A stretch of 64,000 nt of DNA from an uncultured Bacilli bacterium. GTDB taxonomy: Bacteria; Bacillota_I; Bacilli_A; RF39; UBA660. The translations under genes were made by a program, and so were the position numbers. The stretch spans positions 41,873 to 105,872 of the forward strand of contig CAKORY010000003.1 of NCBI GenBank assembly GCA_934101795.1, read 5' to 3'. The notes under the pieces were generated by a model. The model made no database searches and had not been told where the DNA came from. It saw nothing but the letters and a program-made list of their open reading frames with translations. Below are positions 28,893 to 39,200 of the stretch, piece by piece (the first letter of the stretch is position 1; each line of letters begins with the position of its first letter).

Positions 28893-29456
28893 ATGAATAA
28901 TATGGAAAAAGCTTTAAAGAAAGTTAAGTGTGCTAAATTAGATGGACCAACTGGATCAGAAGGACCAAACTTAATTAAAATGGCATATGTAGCTAAATTT
29001 ATTGATAATTTTACAGATGATGGAATTGAAGTTAAAATAATGGAAGATATTCCAATAAGTAGAAAAGAAATAGATAATAAGAATATTGTTACTTTAAATA
29101 ATAATAAGATTAAATTTAATAAAGCTGGGCATTATAAAATATCTTTTAAAGTAAATGCTTATGTAAAAAAAGATAATGTATTTGATCCTTCGAAAGATTT
29201 TGTTGCTATAGGTTTTAAAACTAATGATAGTAATAATACATATGTGGGTGCAAGTAATTTTATAAATGATGAAATGCCTAAAGAAATAAGTGCAGATGGG
29301 ATTGTAGCAGTTGTGGATACTAATACTGAATATAGTTTAGTTAATCTAGGTAAAAAAAGTATTTATTTAAAAACTCCGGATTTAAATAATATAAATAGTG
29401 ATTCTTATTTTGTTAATTTCCCAGTGCTCATAACAATTGAATACTTGGGTAACTAG
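28893..29456 (+). CDS. hypothetical protein with a short collagen-like GPTGSEGP segment and beta-rich C-terminal domain (BclA-CTD-like?)
   Basis: AAGGAG RBS. The fold assignment is a guess from the sequence pattern. Confidence 0.4.
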   Translation: MNNMEKALKKVKCAKLDGPTGSEGPNLIKMAYVAKFIDNFTDDGIEVKIMEDIPISRKEIDNKNIVTLNNNKIKFNKAGHYKISFKVNAYVKKDNVFDPSKDFVAIGFKTNDSNNTYVGASNFINDEMPKEISADGIVAVVDTNTEYSLVNLGKKSIYLKTPDLNNINSDSYFVNFPVLITIEYLGN

Positions 29457-30552
29457 AAAGGATTTGATTTTTATTAAAAAGATATGTGTTTATGCTATAT
29501 GTAAAAATGAAGAAAAATTTGTTGATAGATGGTATGAATCTATCAAGGATGCTGATGGAATATTTGTTTTAGATACTGGTTCAAGTGATGATTCTGTCAA
29601 AAAATTAAAGAAACATGGAATAACCGTTAAAGAAATGGAAATTAAACCATGGAGATTTGATGTAGCTCGAAATGAAGCATTAAAAATAATACCCGAGGAC
29701 TTTGATATTTGCATTTCTTTAGATTTAGATGAGATAATGCTTGATGGCTGGAAAGAAAATATTTTAAAAGCTTGGAAAAATGATACTGATAGACTTAGAT
29801 ATGTTTATAACTGGTATATTGAAGATGAAATTCCAAAAGTTACATATTATGCTGATAAAATACATAAAAGAAGTGGCTGTAAATGGGTTAATCCTGTACA
29901 CGAGGTACTAGAATTTGACCATTCTGAAAAACAAGTCTTTACTGATGATGTTATTGTTAATCATTATCCAGATAGAGAAAAATCTCGCTCTAATTATTTG
30001 CCACTTTTAGAGCTTGCTGTGAAGGAAAAACCAGATAATGATAGAAATATGCATTATTTAGGTAGAGAGTATATGTATTATGGAAAATGGAATGATGCTA
30101 TTGATACATTAATTAAACATTTAAAGATGAAAAATGCTACTTGGAAAGATGAGAGATGTGCATCTATGAGGTTTATTGCTAGATGTTATAAAGCTTTAAA
30201 CAGATATGATGAGGCACTCATGTGGCTTTATAAAGCTATAAATGAAGCTCCGTATTTAAGAGATCCATATACTGAAACTGCTATTTTGTATTATATTTTA
30301 GAAGACTTTGAAAATGTTTGTAAATATGGTAATAAAGCTTTGGAAATTAAGTATAATCCTAAAACATACATGAATGAAGTATTTAGTTATGATGAAACAT
30401 TAAATGATTTATTATCTATTTCATACTTTTATTTAGGTGATTATGAAAATGCTATTAAAAATGCTAAAGAGGCTTTAAAAATAAATCCTAATAATGAAAG
30501 AATACAAAATAATTTAGAGTTATTTAAAACAACAAAAAAATCCGAAGATTAA
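29437..30552 (+). CDS. GT2-type glycosyltransferase with C-terminal TPR repeats
   Basis: AICKNEE, LDTGSSDDS, WRFDVARNEA, LDLDE. TPR-like repeats in the C-terminal half. The start codon is uncertain (TTG in the ORF track). Confidence 0.6.
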   Translation: MNTWVTRKDLIFIKKICVYAICKNEEKFVDRWYESIKDADGIFVLDTGSSDDSVKKLKKHGITVKEMEIKPWRFDVARNEALKIIPEDFDICISLDLDEIMLDGWKENILKAWKNDTDRLRYVYNWYIEDEIPKVTYYADKIHKRSGCKWVNPVHEVLEFDHSEKQVFTDDVIVNHYPDREKSRSNYLPLLELAVKEKPDNDRNMHYLGREYMYYGKWNDAIDTLIKHLKMKNATWKDERCASMRFIARCYKALNRYDEALMWLYKAINEAPYLRDPYTETAILYYILEDFENVCKYGNKALEIKYNPKTYMNEVFSYDETLNDLLSISYFYLGDYENAIKNAKEALKINPNNERIQNNLELFKTTKKSED

Positions 30553-30567
30553 ACTTCGAATTTTTAA

Positions 30568-31101
30568 TTACATTTTACTAACTTGGAAGACTTCAACATC
30601 AACATTTGTTTCTTGACCAAATAAGTCAATTATAATATTTAATCTATTATTTTCAAGGTCAATGTTATCAACTTTACCAGTCATACCACTGAATGGTCCA
30701 TCAACAATATTAACTGTGTCTCCGACTTTAAGTTCTGATTCAACATCTACTCTACTCATACCCATGTTAGCTAAAATTCTATCAATTTCTTGAGGAAGTA
30801 ATGGAGTTGGTTTTGCTCCTTTTCCACTTGAACCAATAAATCCTGTAACACCTGGAGTATTTCTTACAATGTACCATGCTTCATCAGTCATTATCATTTC
30901 AACTAAAACATATCCTGGAAACATTTTTTTTACTTTTTCTTTTTTTACTCCATCTTTTACTTCAACTTCTGTTGTTTCTGGAACAATTACACGAAAAATG
31001 TAATCTTGCATTCCCATTGATTCTGTTCTTGCTTCTAATTTTTCTTTTACTTTATTTTCATGTCCTGAATAAGTATTTACTACGTACCAAAGTTTTTCCA
31101 T
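30568..31101 (-). CDS. nusG: transcription termination/antitermination factor NusG
   Basis: MEKLWYVVNTYSGHENKV..., KOW motif GDTVNIVDGPFSG. The start overlaps the secE stop (TAATG). Confidence 0.9.
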   Translation of the reverse strand: MEKLWYVVNTYSGHENKVKEKLEARTESMGMQDYIFRVIVPETTEVEVKDGVKKEKVKKMFPGYVLVEMIMTDEAWYIVRNTPGVTGFIGSSGKGAKPTPLLPQEIDRILANMGMSRVDVESELKVGDTVNIVDGPFSGMTGKVDNIDLENNRLNIIIDLFGQETNVDVEVFQVSKM

Positions 31102-31352
31102 TATGCAAACCATCCTTTAACTACTGATAATATTAGGTTAAGTGCCATAAATAATGCGCATAGGATTACACAAAATACAATTGTTGAAATTGTGTATTTT
31201 ATTACATCTTTAGCTGTTGGCCATTTTACTAACTTAAGTTCTTTACCAACTTTTTTGAAATAGTTTTCTTTAGGACCTTTCTTGTTATTTTTCTTTTTGG
31301 TGTCTTTAGTAACTTTTGTTACATTTTTTGTTTCTTTAGCTTCTTTTGCCAT
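31101..31352 (-). CDS. secE: preprotein translocase subunit SecE
   Basis: Lys-rich N-terminus, KVKWPTAKDV and a single C-terminal TM helix. Synteny with nusG. Start chosen at MAKEAK downstream of GGAGG. Confidence 0.8.
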   Translation of the reverse strand: MAKEAKETKNVTKVTKDTKKKNNKKGPKENYFKKVGKELKLVKWPTAKDVIKYTISTIVFCVILCALFMALNLILSVVKGWFA

Positions 31353-31430
31353 AGTTTTAAAAACCTCCATTTAAAAAAACACTTTCGTGTTCATTTATAA
31401 TATAGCATAAATAAAAGGTAATTGCAAGCT

Positions 31431-32018
31431 TTAATCAAGCATTTTTTGTAATTCTGGTATTAATTTCTTTCTTATATTTTGAACTTTTTTATATATTTGT
31501 TTATAACTTTGCATTAATGTAAATGCTATATCTTTATAACTTAAGCCATCTAAAAGAAGAGAAAATATTGCTAGTTCATTATTATTAAGCTTGTTCAAAA
31601 TTATTTCATTTAGATTTTTTTGACTTTCACTAGCACAGATAGTTTCTAGAGGGTCTAGTGAATTTGGAATTGAACTTGCTGTATTATCAAAATTTATATT
31701 GGTGACTTCAATATTTTTTTTATTATCTCTGATTGCATTTATAATTGTCTTTTTTATTTTTCTATCTATAATTAAACTTATATAGGTATTTAGTGATGCT
31801 TTAGATAAAGTGTTATATGTATCTAGTGCTTCATTTACTAATTCATGACAACTTAATATTAGTTCATCAAAATTGATATTTAATTTTTTTAAAAATGGAT
31901 AATACTTATTAATTATTCTTTTGGTTACTATATAGTATTTTTTATTTAATATGTCTAAGGCTTCTTCATTGTTTTCACGATATAGCATTATTAGTTCAGA
32001 ATCACTAATATCAAACAT
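31431..32018 (-). CDS. sigma-70 family sigma factor (SigH-like by synteny)
   Basis: Position between rlmB-like and secE matches the Bacillus sigH arrangement. C-terminal region-4-like HTH (LSYKDIAFTLMQSYKQIYKKVQNIRKKL). Start at MFDISD overlaps the rlmB stop by 8 nt. Confidence 0.6.
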   Translation of the reverse strand: MFDISDSELIMLYRENNEEALDILNKKYYIVTKRIINKYYPFLKKLNINFDELILSCHELVNEALDTYNTLSKASLNTYISLIIDRKIKKTIINAIRDNKKNIEVTNINFDNTASSIPNSLDPLETICASESQKNLNEIILNKLNNNELAIFSLLLDGLSYKDIAFTLMQSYKQIYKKVQNIRKKLIPELQKMLD

Positions 32019-32676
32019 TTTCACCCATGTGGTAGATAAGAATGCTTGCGGCGACGGATGCATTTAAGCTTTCTACGTTTTTGTTCATTGGGATGCTTAC
32101 TAATACATCACTATTTTCTTTAACAAGTCTACTTACTCCAGCGCCTTCATTACCTATTACTAATGCTCTTTTTGTGCTATAGTCAATTTTTCTAAAGTCT
32201 TGGCCTTCCATTGATGCAGCATAAACAAAGAAACCATCTTTTTGTAAGGATTTTATTGTGGCTACTAAGTTATTAACCATGATTATCTTTACATAATTAA
32301 TTGTACCCACGCTTGTTTTAACAACAACATCTGTTACTCCGACACTTCTATCTTTTGGGATGATTATTGATTTTATTCCTACTGCTGCACAAGTTCTGAT
32401 GATAGCACCAAAGTTATGCGGGTCTTCTAAGTGATCAAGTATTAAAACAAGGTTACCTTCCACATCTTTTAGACTATAATAATCATAATCAAAAGCATCT
32501 ATTACTACCCCTTGGTGATTATATTCACACATTTTGTTTAATAAGTGGTTATCGACAAACTCATATTTTATTTTGTTTTCACTACAATACTTACAAACTT
32601 CTTTACGTGATGTGAATACTTTTTTGATTTTTTTCTTGTCTAGTTCCTTTAAAACATTCATTCCATATACACGCAT
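32011..32676 (-). CDS. rlmB: SpoU/TrmH-family 23S rRNA 2'-O-methyltransferase (RlmB-like)
   Basis: LEDPHNFGAIIRTCAAVG, LVIGNEGAGVS, IPMNKNVESLNASVAASILIY. AGGAGG RBS before MRVYG. Confidence 0.8.
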   Translation of the reverse strand: MRVYGMNVLKELDKKKIKKVFTSRKEVCKYCSENKIKYEFVDNHLLNKMCEYNHQGVVIDAFDYDYYSLKDVEGNLVLILDHLEDPHNFGAIIRTCAAVGIKSIIIPKDRSVGVTDVVVKTSVGTINYVKIIMVNNLVATIKSLQKDGFFVYAASMEGQDFRKIDYSTKRALVIGNEGAGVSRLVKENSDVLVSIPMNKNVESLNASVAASILIYHMGENV

Positions 32677-32774
32677 TTTTATGCCTCCTTTTTCTGATAT
32701 GTTCATTATAACATATCGTATACTTTTTGTATATATAAAATTTGTTATTTATTTAAAATAATTTTATTTCATAA

Positions 32775-32795
32775 TAAAACCCCGATGTTACGGGG
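32775..32795 (-). terminator. intrinsic terminator after the tRNA
   Basis: On the minus strand: CCCCG-TAACAT-CGGGG followed by TTTTATTAT. Confidence 0.6.
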
Positions 32796-32807
32796 ATTGT
32801 TTCTAAA

Positions 32808-32883
32808 TGGTGCTGGAAATGGGACTTGAACCTATGACCTATGCGTTACGAGGGCATTGCTCTACCAACTGAGCTATTCCAGC
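32808..32883 (-). tRNA. tRNA-Thr (anticodon CGT), 76 nt with encoded CCA
   Basis: Folded by hand. Acceptor GCTGGAA/TTCCAGC, D-arm GCTC-AGTTGGTA-GAGC, anticodon loop CTCGTAA, T-loop TTCAAGT. One mismatch each in the anticodon and T stems. TGgTATACT promoter just upstream. Confidence 0.8.
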
Positions 32884-32967
32884 AACTAATAATAGTATAC
32901 CACAAATCTTAAAAATAACAACTTTTATTTTGTTGTTTTACGTGTTAAAATACTAACAGGTGGTTAT

Positions 32968-33879
32968 ATGTTTAAAAATACATTAGATAATAAAAGATAT
33001 CATACTTTGAATTACTTTTTTAAGAAAAAGTTTGGGCAAAAAGTTTTTAAAGTACCTTTAGATATAAATAGTATATGTCCAAATCAAGCAAGTGGTGGTT
33101 GTATATATTGTTCTAATAAGTCTGTTGCTAGTATTAGTGATAATAGTTTGGATATTTTAGAGCAATTTGAAAATGGAAGAAAAATTATGGAACAAAAATG
33201 GCCAGATAGTTTGTATATTCCTTATTTTCAATCTGGGACAAATACTTATAATGATAAAAATTTAGTTAAGGGTTATGTTGATAAACTTCTTATGATACCT
33301 AAAGTTGTAGGAATTGATATTGCAACTAGACCAGATTGTTTATCAGATGAATGGCTTGATTATTTGGAAGAGTTAAATAAAAAAACATTTTTAATCGTGG
33401 AACTTGGACTTCAAAGTAGTAATGATAATACTTTAAGATTTATAAATCGTGGACATAACAGTAAAACATTTAAAGATGCCGCCCAAAAATTACATGCAAG
33501 AAATATTTTTGTGGTTGCTCATATTATAAATGGGCTTTTTTATGAAACTAAGGAAGATATGATTAATACCATTAAATTTGTTAATGATTGCAAGGTTGAT
33601 GGGATTAAAATACATATGCTTTATATAGCAAAAAATACTCCGCTGGCTAGTTTATATGAAAAAAATAAATTTCATATTTTAACTAGAGAGGAGTATATTG
33701 ATATTGTTTGCTCTCAACTTAGGCTTTTAAATGAAGATGTTGTGGTGATGAGGATTACTGGGGATCCTATTTTAAATGAATTGGTGGCACCAGAATGGCT
33801 CATAAAGAAGTTTATGGTTTTAAACGGAATTGATCAAGAGATGGTTAAAAGAAATATTTATCAAGGGGACCTATTTTAG
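32968..33879 (+). CDS. TIGR01212-family radical SAM protein (YhcC-like)
   Basis: N-terminal RYHTLNYFFKKKFGQKVFKVPLD and cluster CPNQASGGCIYC. AGGTGG RBS. Confidence 0.75.
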   Translation: MFKNTLDNKRYHTLNYFFKKKFGQKVFKVPLDINSICPNQASGGCIYCSNKSVASISDNSLDILEQFENGRKIMEQKWPDSLYIPYFQSGTNTYNDKNLVKGYVDKLLMIPKVVGIDIATRPDCLSDEWLDYLEELNKKTFLIVELGLQSSNDNTLRFINRGHNSKTFKDAAQKLHARNIFVVAHIINGLFYETKEDMINTIKFVNDCKVDGIKIHMLYIAKNTPLASLYEKNKFHILTREEYIDIVCSQLRLLNEDVVVMRITGDPILNELVAPEWLIKKFMVLNGIDQEMVKRNIYQGDLF

Positions 33880-34358
33880 TTCTCTTTTTTTAATATTTCA
33901 TATAAGTTGTCAATAATTTTATCTATTACTTCTTCTTTATTTTCTTTTCTTGATGATTTTGTTACTTTTAAAAAGTCACTATAAACAATATCTTCATCTT
34001 TATTATAGATACTAAAGTAAACTATATTATCATCACCAGATAAGTTATGTGGATCTACTCTATTTAGTTTACCCGTTATACCTATGGCATAATTTGAACT
34101 AGTAAACTGTGATATTTTCTTAGACATTTCTATAGCTGTTGCCATGCTATAAACTGAGTATTCATCTATTATTTCTTTAGGTACACCCATTTTTATTTTA
34201 AATTCATTTGAATATGTTACTGCGCTAAATTTTAGTATTTCACTTGCACCAGGTATGTTGGTTATGGCATTTGCTAGACCTCCGCCGGTACAAGATTCCA
34301 TTGTTGATATTGTCTTATTTTGTTTTGTTAATATTTCTACAATTTTCTCTAATTTCAT
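33876..34358 (-). CDS. pncC: CinA C-terminal domain / nicotinamide-nucleotide amidohydrolase PncC-like
   Basis: STMESCTGGGLANAITNIPGAS, SAVTYSNEFK. Confidence 0.75.
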   Translation of the reverse strand: MKLEKIVEILTKQNKTISTMESCTGGGLANAITNIPGASEILKFSAVTYSNEFKIKMGVPKEIIDEYSVYSMATAIEMSKKISQFTSSNYAIGITGKLNRVDPHNLSGDDNIVYFSIYNKDEDIVYSDFLKVTKSSRKENKEEVIDKIIDNLYEILKKEN

Positions 34359-34360
34359 AA

Positions 34361-35248
34361 TTATCTATCTATCCTCACTAGTTCGTATTCTGTTGCTCCT
34401 AAGCCAAGTTTTTCTGCTTCTTCAACAGTATGAATTGCATGTCTATCAAGCATTCTTTCCTTTAATGAGTTTGCGCCTTCTTCAGTTAAATTCATAATAG
34501 TATCATAACAGCATTTATCTATGGCAACTGGGTCTAGGGATGCAAAAATACCAATATTAGCAATTTCTGGATCTTTTGGATTATTATCGCAATCACAATC
34601 TATGGAAATATTATTAGCAATATTTATATATAGCATGTTTTCTGGTTTAAAGTAATCAACAACAGATTTATCTGCTTCAGCCATACTTTCTAGGAAATTA
34701 TCTTGGGCAGTTTCTAATTTCCAACATTCATCTGGTATGGTTGTTTTTCCTGCTGAATGAATCCATGCTTTACCATTTTTTGAAGCAACTCCGATTGACA
34801 TATTTTTTAAAGCTCCGCCGAAGCCACCCATTATATGGCCTTTAAAGTGTGATAGCATTAACATTGAATCATAATTTTTAATATGACTTCCGACATAGTT
34901 TATGCCATTTAAGTGTTTTCCACCATTTATAGGAATATCAATTTCACCATCTTCGTCCATAATATCACATGGAGCAATATCATAAAAACCATGGTCTTTG
35001 ATAGCTTGCCAGTGGTCACTTGGATTCATTCTTTTTCCAGCATAAGCAGTGCAACATTCTACGATTGTTCCATTTAATTTACTTACTAAATCTTTAATTA
35101 AGTTGGGATTTAAAAAGTTATGTCCACCAGGTTCTCCGGTAGAAATTTTAACTGCAACTTTTCCTTTTAATTCATGATTTAAACTTTCATAAATTTTAAC
35201 TAAACTTTCACTTGTTATTTCTTTTGTAAAATATACTTTACTTTTCAT
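34361..35248 (-). CDS. DUF362-domain protein
   Basis: KVYFTKEIT...VAVKISTGEPGGHNFLNP is typical of DUF362, recalled from memory of the family. Confidence 0.5.
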   Translation of the reverse strand: MKSKVYFTKEITSESLVKIYESLNHELKGKVAVKISTGEPGGHNFLNPNLIKDLVSKLNGTIVECCTAYAGKRMNPSDHWQAIKDHGFYDIAPCDIMDEDGEIDIPINGGKHLNGINYVGSHIKNYDSMLMLSHFKGHIMGGFGGALKNMSIGVASKNGKAWIHSAGKTTIPDECWKLETAQDNFLESMAEADKSVVDYFKPENMLYINIANNISIDCDCDNNPKDPEIANIGIFASLDPVAIDKCCYDTIMNLTEEGANSLKERMLDRHAIHTVEEAEKLGLGATEYELVRIDR

Positions 35249-35727
35249 TGTATCAATCCTTTCATGTATTTATGATAATACAATTTTGAATTGTTGTCTA
35301 GATGGCTTTGTAAGTTATTAATAATGAGTTTATCACAGTTCAACAAATTGTTATGTTAGAAACTATATTAACATCCATTATATAATCACAAAAAAACGAC
35401 ATTTTATTTTGTCATATTCCTACATTTTATTTTACTATTTATAAAGGAAAAAATAAAACTTTGTAGTACATTCAGAAATTTGTTCTCTTCAGGGAGCGAT
35501 GTGGATTTTTTAGAAAATTTATTATTTTGTCAAATCTTTAGCAAAGCGTTTTTAGTATATAAATATAAGGCCTTACCTAACATTTTCGATATACTCAGAC
35601 CATAATTGAGCCCTAAATTTATCATTACTATTTTATCGTTATTTGTTATATTTAATATTTAGATACGATAAAATTAGTCCTAAATACTTGACTAATACCA
35701 ATAAATAAGCGATTAATACAATACCTT

Positions 35728-36000
35728 TTGAAAGAAAGTATTTGTGTGATTGCTAAGGAAATATTAGAGATAATATCAAAGCACTGGTGTTCGAACCAAT
35801 ATATTATGAAAATTGCAAATGTTTCTGCATCAACAGCTATCAAGATTAAACAATCAATTCAGAAAGAATTTAGGAAGAAAGAGCCTAATAAGTTTATGCC
35901 TGCTTATTGTATACCTACCAAAGAAGTCATTAAATATTTTGATTTAGATATAGAGTTTCTTAAATCAATAGCATACTTTGATAAGAAGATTAATGATTGA
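35728..36000 (+). CDS. small putative DNA-binding protein (DUF3173-like logic), island edge
   Basis: TTG start. HTH-like IMKIANVSASTAIKIKQSI, then YCIPTKEVIKYFDLD. Weak. Confidence 0.3.
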   Translation: MKESICVIAKEILEIISKHWCSNQYIMKIANVSASTAIKIKQSIQKEFRKKEPNKFMPAYCIPTKEVIKYFDLDIEFLKSIAYFDKKIND

Positions 36001-36238
36001 TTATCTAAATAAATGCCTTCCACTTGGAAGATTTAGATCCATAACTATTATTGATGATAATGTCTCTTGTTTGATTATTGTTATAAATGATGAAGATGGA
36101 AATATAACTATTCCAATTATTACTAGCATAGATATTGCAAATAAAATAATAAACAATTGTGAAGATGATTCTTTAATTGCTATCAAGGGCAAAATAGATG
36201 CTGATGAAAATGGTTTAATAATTAGAGCAAAAAAATAA
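35993..36238 (+). CDS. small hypothetical protein
   Basis: ATG at 35993 overlaps the previous stop by 8 nt (ATGATTGA). No recognisable motif. Confidence 0.3.
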   Translation: MIDYLNKCLPLGRFRSITIIDDNVSCLIIVINDEDGNITIPIITSIDIANKIINNCEDDSLIAIKGKIDADENGLIIRAKK

Positions 36239-36283
36239 CATTTTTAGGTCATAAAGAAAGAGCCGATTAATTTCGACTCTTAT

Positions 36284-39200
36284 TTATTTAATGAATTTAT
36301 CTATATCTTCTAATATATAAGCATTTATATTAACTTTCATGGCTTTATCACTTATCAAAGGCTCATTAACAATAAAGCAATAATCAATTCTCCATTTTTT
36401 CTTTTCTAAGCCATAATGTTGAATAATATCCGCAATATGAGCTTTGCACCACTCTACTCTTTTCATATGCTTATTATAAAAGCTTTTTTTATTATTAGGA
36501 TCAAACAAATCATGGTATTCATTATACATTTCATACATATTTCTTGATAATTCAAAATTTTTAACTTCACACACGATAATTCTTTTAAACTTTTTAGAGA
36601 TAAAAAGTACATCAATATCTCCTAATGTATTCTTATCTGAATTATTTATTTTTATACCATTAATTTTACTAACTTTTTTATATACAATGGAATTTGGAAA
36701 TGTACACAAATAATTATATACTTTTTCGTTAAAGTCTTCTCCACTTTGTTTATTTATAATACCAAGGTAAGTTTTCATCTTTTTGCTTCTTGCCTTAAGT
36801 GTAGCATTATTAATTATTTCGAACAAAAAGTATATCGCATTTAAAAATGACCTATAACCATAAATAATTTCATCTTTATAAATAATAAGTGGTTTTCTAT
36901 TTAATGAAAGTTCCCTATTGTTTCTCCATGGAAATACATCTACATTTCGATATGGTGTTGGCGGATTTAAATAATCTTCTCTTTCAACTTGAGATAAGTA
37001 TAAAATAATTTTATTTAAAACATCATCACTAACTTGATTATTTGTCTGATCTTTTAGTTCTTTTATAGTCGTTGAATACAATGTGTTAAAATCACCATTT
37101 TTATCCTCGGCTATTTCCAACAATGATACAGTTACTTCAGTAAAATCTTTAAATGTAAATCCAAATTCATCTTCAAAAGCTTCTTCAAATCCAGGAATAT
37201 CTTTTTTCTCAGTTTCATATTGCGATATCATTTTTTGTTTATCTTTTGCTCTGGCTCCCATCCTACCCATCTTTGCATTTTTCAAAAAATGGTTTACTCT
37301 TATCAAGAAATCTTTATTGTATCCTAATCGATTAGAATTTAATAAGGTTAATGTATTATCAGCCATTTTATAGTTGTAAATATCACATATATATGCATAA
37401 TCAATTATTTTGGAAGCTTCTGTTAAAATATATTCAATTTCATATAGTGAAATATCATCGCTTCCATCTATTTTTATTGATGCAGCTAATTCTATAATAA
37501 ATTTTAATGCGACTGAAGTTCGATTCAAATCATTTATCTTTTCATCTATCTCTTTTTTTCTATCAGGATAGCATACTACATCGCTAGCATAATTTGCTTG
37601 TCTTATTAATAATGATGATAAATTTTTTTCAAACTCTAGATATAAAAAATCTATTAACTTACGCTTATTATACTTTTTAATTTTCTTCAGAATATTATTG
37701 TATAGATGTCCAACGATATCATTTAAAATTTTATAATCTTTTATTTTACCATAATGTATTTTTTTGTCATCTTTTAAATATAGTCCTACATCATCTATTA
37801 TCAAATTTGAAATAGCATTACTAACGCATAAAACACACTCATCTTCAAAAGGAAGCATATACCCATCCCCATTAGAATTCATAATAATTAGTTTCTTTTT
37901 ATACTTATTACTAAAAATCTGATTAATCAACTCACTTGGATACTCAATTTGATAGATTTCACAGATTCTCTTTACTATATTAGATATAAAATCTTTTTCT
38001 TTATCATTTTCAGCGGACTCGAAATACCTTAAAGAGTTTTTTTCAAAAGTAATGTCTAACTGTCTACTATTAATATTGAATAATATTTTACCAACTTCGC
38101 TATCTTTATCATAATGTGTAATATATATTGATGGATCACAATGAATATTAATTTTAAACACTCCATTCAAATCTTTAAATAATGTTGAAAATTGATTTAA
38201 CCAATATGAAATCATATCTATAATTAGATTTGTTATATGGTAAGAATTATTATCAATATTTTCTTCGCTTAAAACCCATATATTAAATTTATTAAATTCA
38301 AGCAAATTGTTTAATTGATGCTTGTAAAATAATCCAGGAGCAAAACAAACTCCATCTTCTTTTTTCATCACTTCTAATAAAGATGTTCTACTAAAAAGAG
38401 CTAAGTGATAACCATTTTTTATATAAGATTTTAAAATATAATCACTACTATATTCACCAATAAAAAACAATAATGCTTCTTTTGAATCACATTCATCACC
38501 TAGATAGAATGATTTATCTCTTTCAGAAAAAAGAGCAACAAAATTTAGTTCAGTAAACAAATTCTTTTTATAATGTTTTAATCTATTTCTAGCAACAATA
38601 TACTTGTATAAAAACATATTTTCTTCAGACTCATTAATACATATTGACGTTAATTCATATGGAGAAAGCATTAGTAAATTTTTATTAGAATTCAAATATA
38701 CCGCACATATCGTATTTCTACCAATAGTTGTTGGGGTAATGATTGATACAATTTTATCTTCTTTAAAACCATGTTTTAATAATTGCTTTTTGACATTTTT
38801 TATTCGATTACTAATATAATTATTATTTATTGAATATTTATATTCTTTGTTAGTTTCATAATCTTTTCCATCATCAAATAACACAATATTGTAAAAAACT
38901 ATATCATTGCCACACAAATATATAGATTCATCAACTATATTATTACTTTCAAGTTCCAATTCAAATTGTTTACTATCTAATAATTGAAAACCCATACGTG
39001 CAAAATCTCTATGCAAGTCATTCAAAAGTAAAAGATTATAATCTTTGAGAACATCAATTTTATAAGACATAAAAAACTTTATTATCATATCCATTAATAA
39101 CATAATAATAATAGTGCAATCTACCAAAACAAATTTCTCACCATATCTAACAAATGGTCTACAATAAAACTTTTGATTATCGAAATCATCTATTTCATCA

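Noticed and set aside
32808-32883. tRNA-Thr as the integration site of the defence island
   Set aside because: Three intact housekeeping-type genes (radical SAM, pncC-like, DUF362) separate the tRNA from the island start at about 35.25 kb. No partial tRNA duplicate was seen at either island edge.
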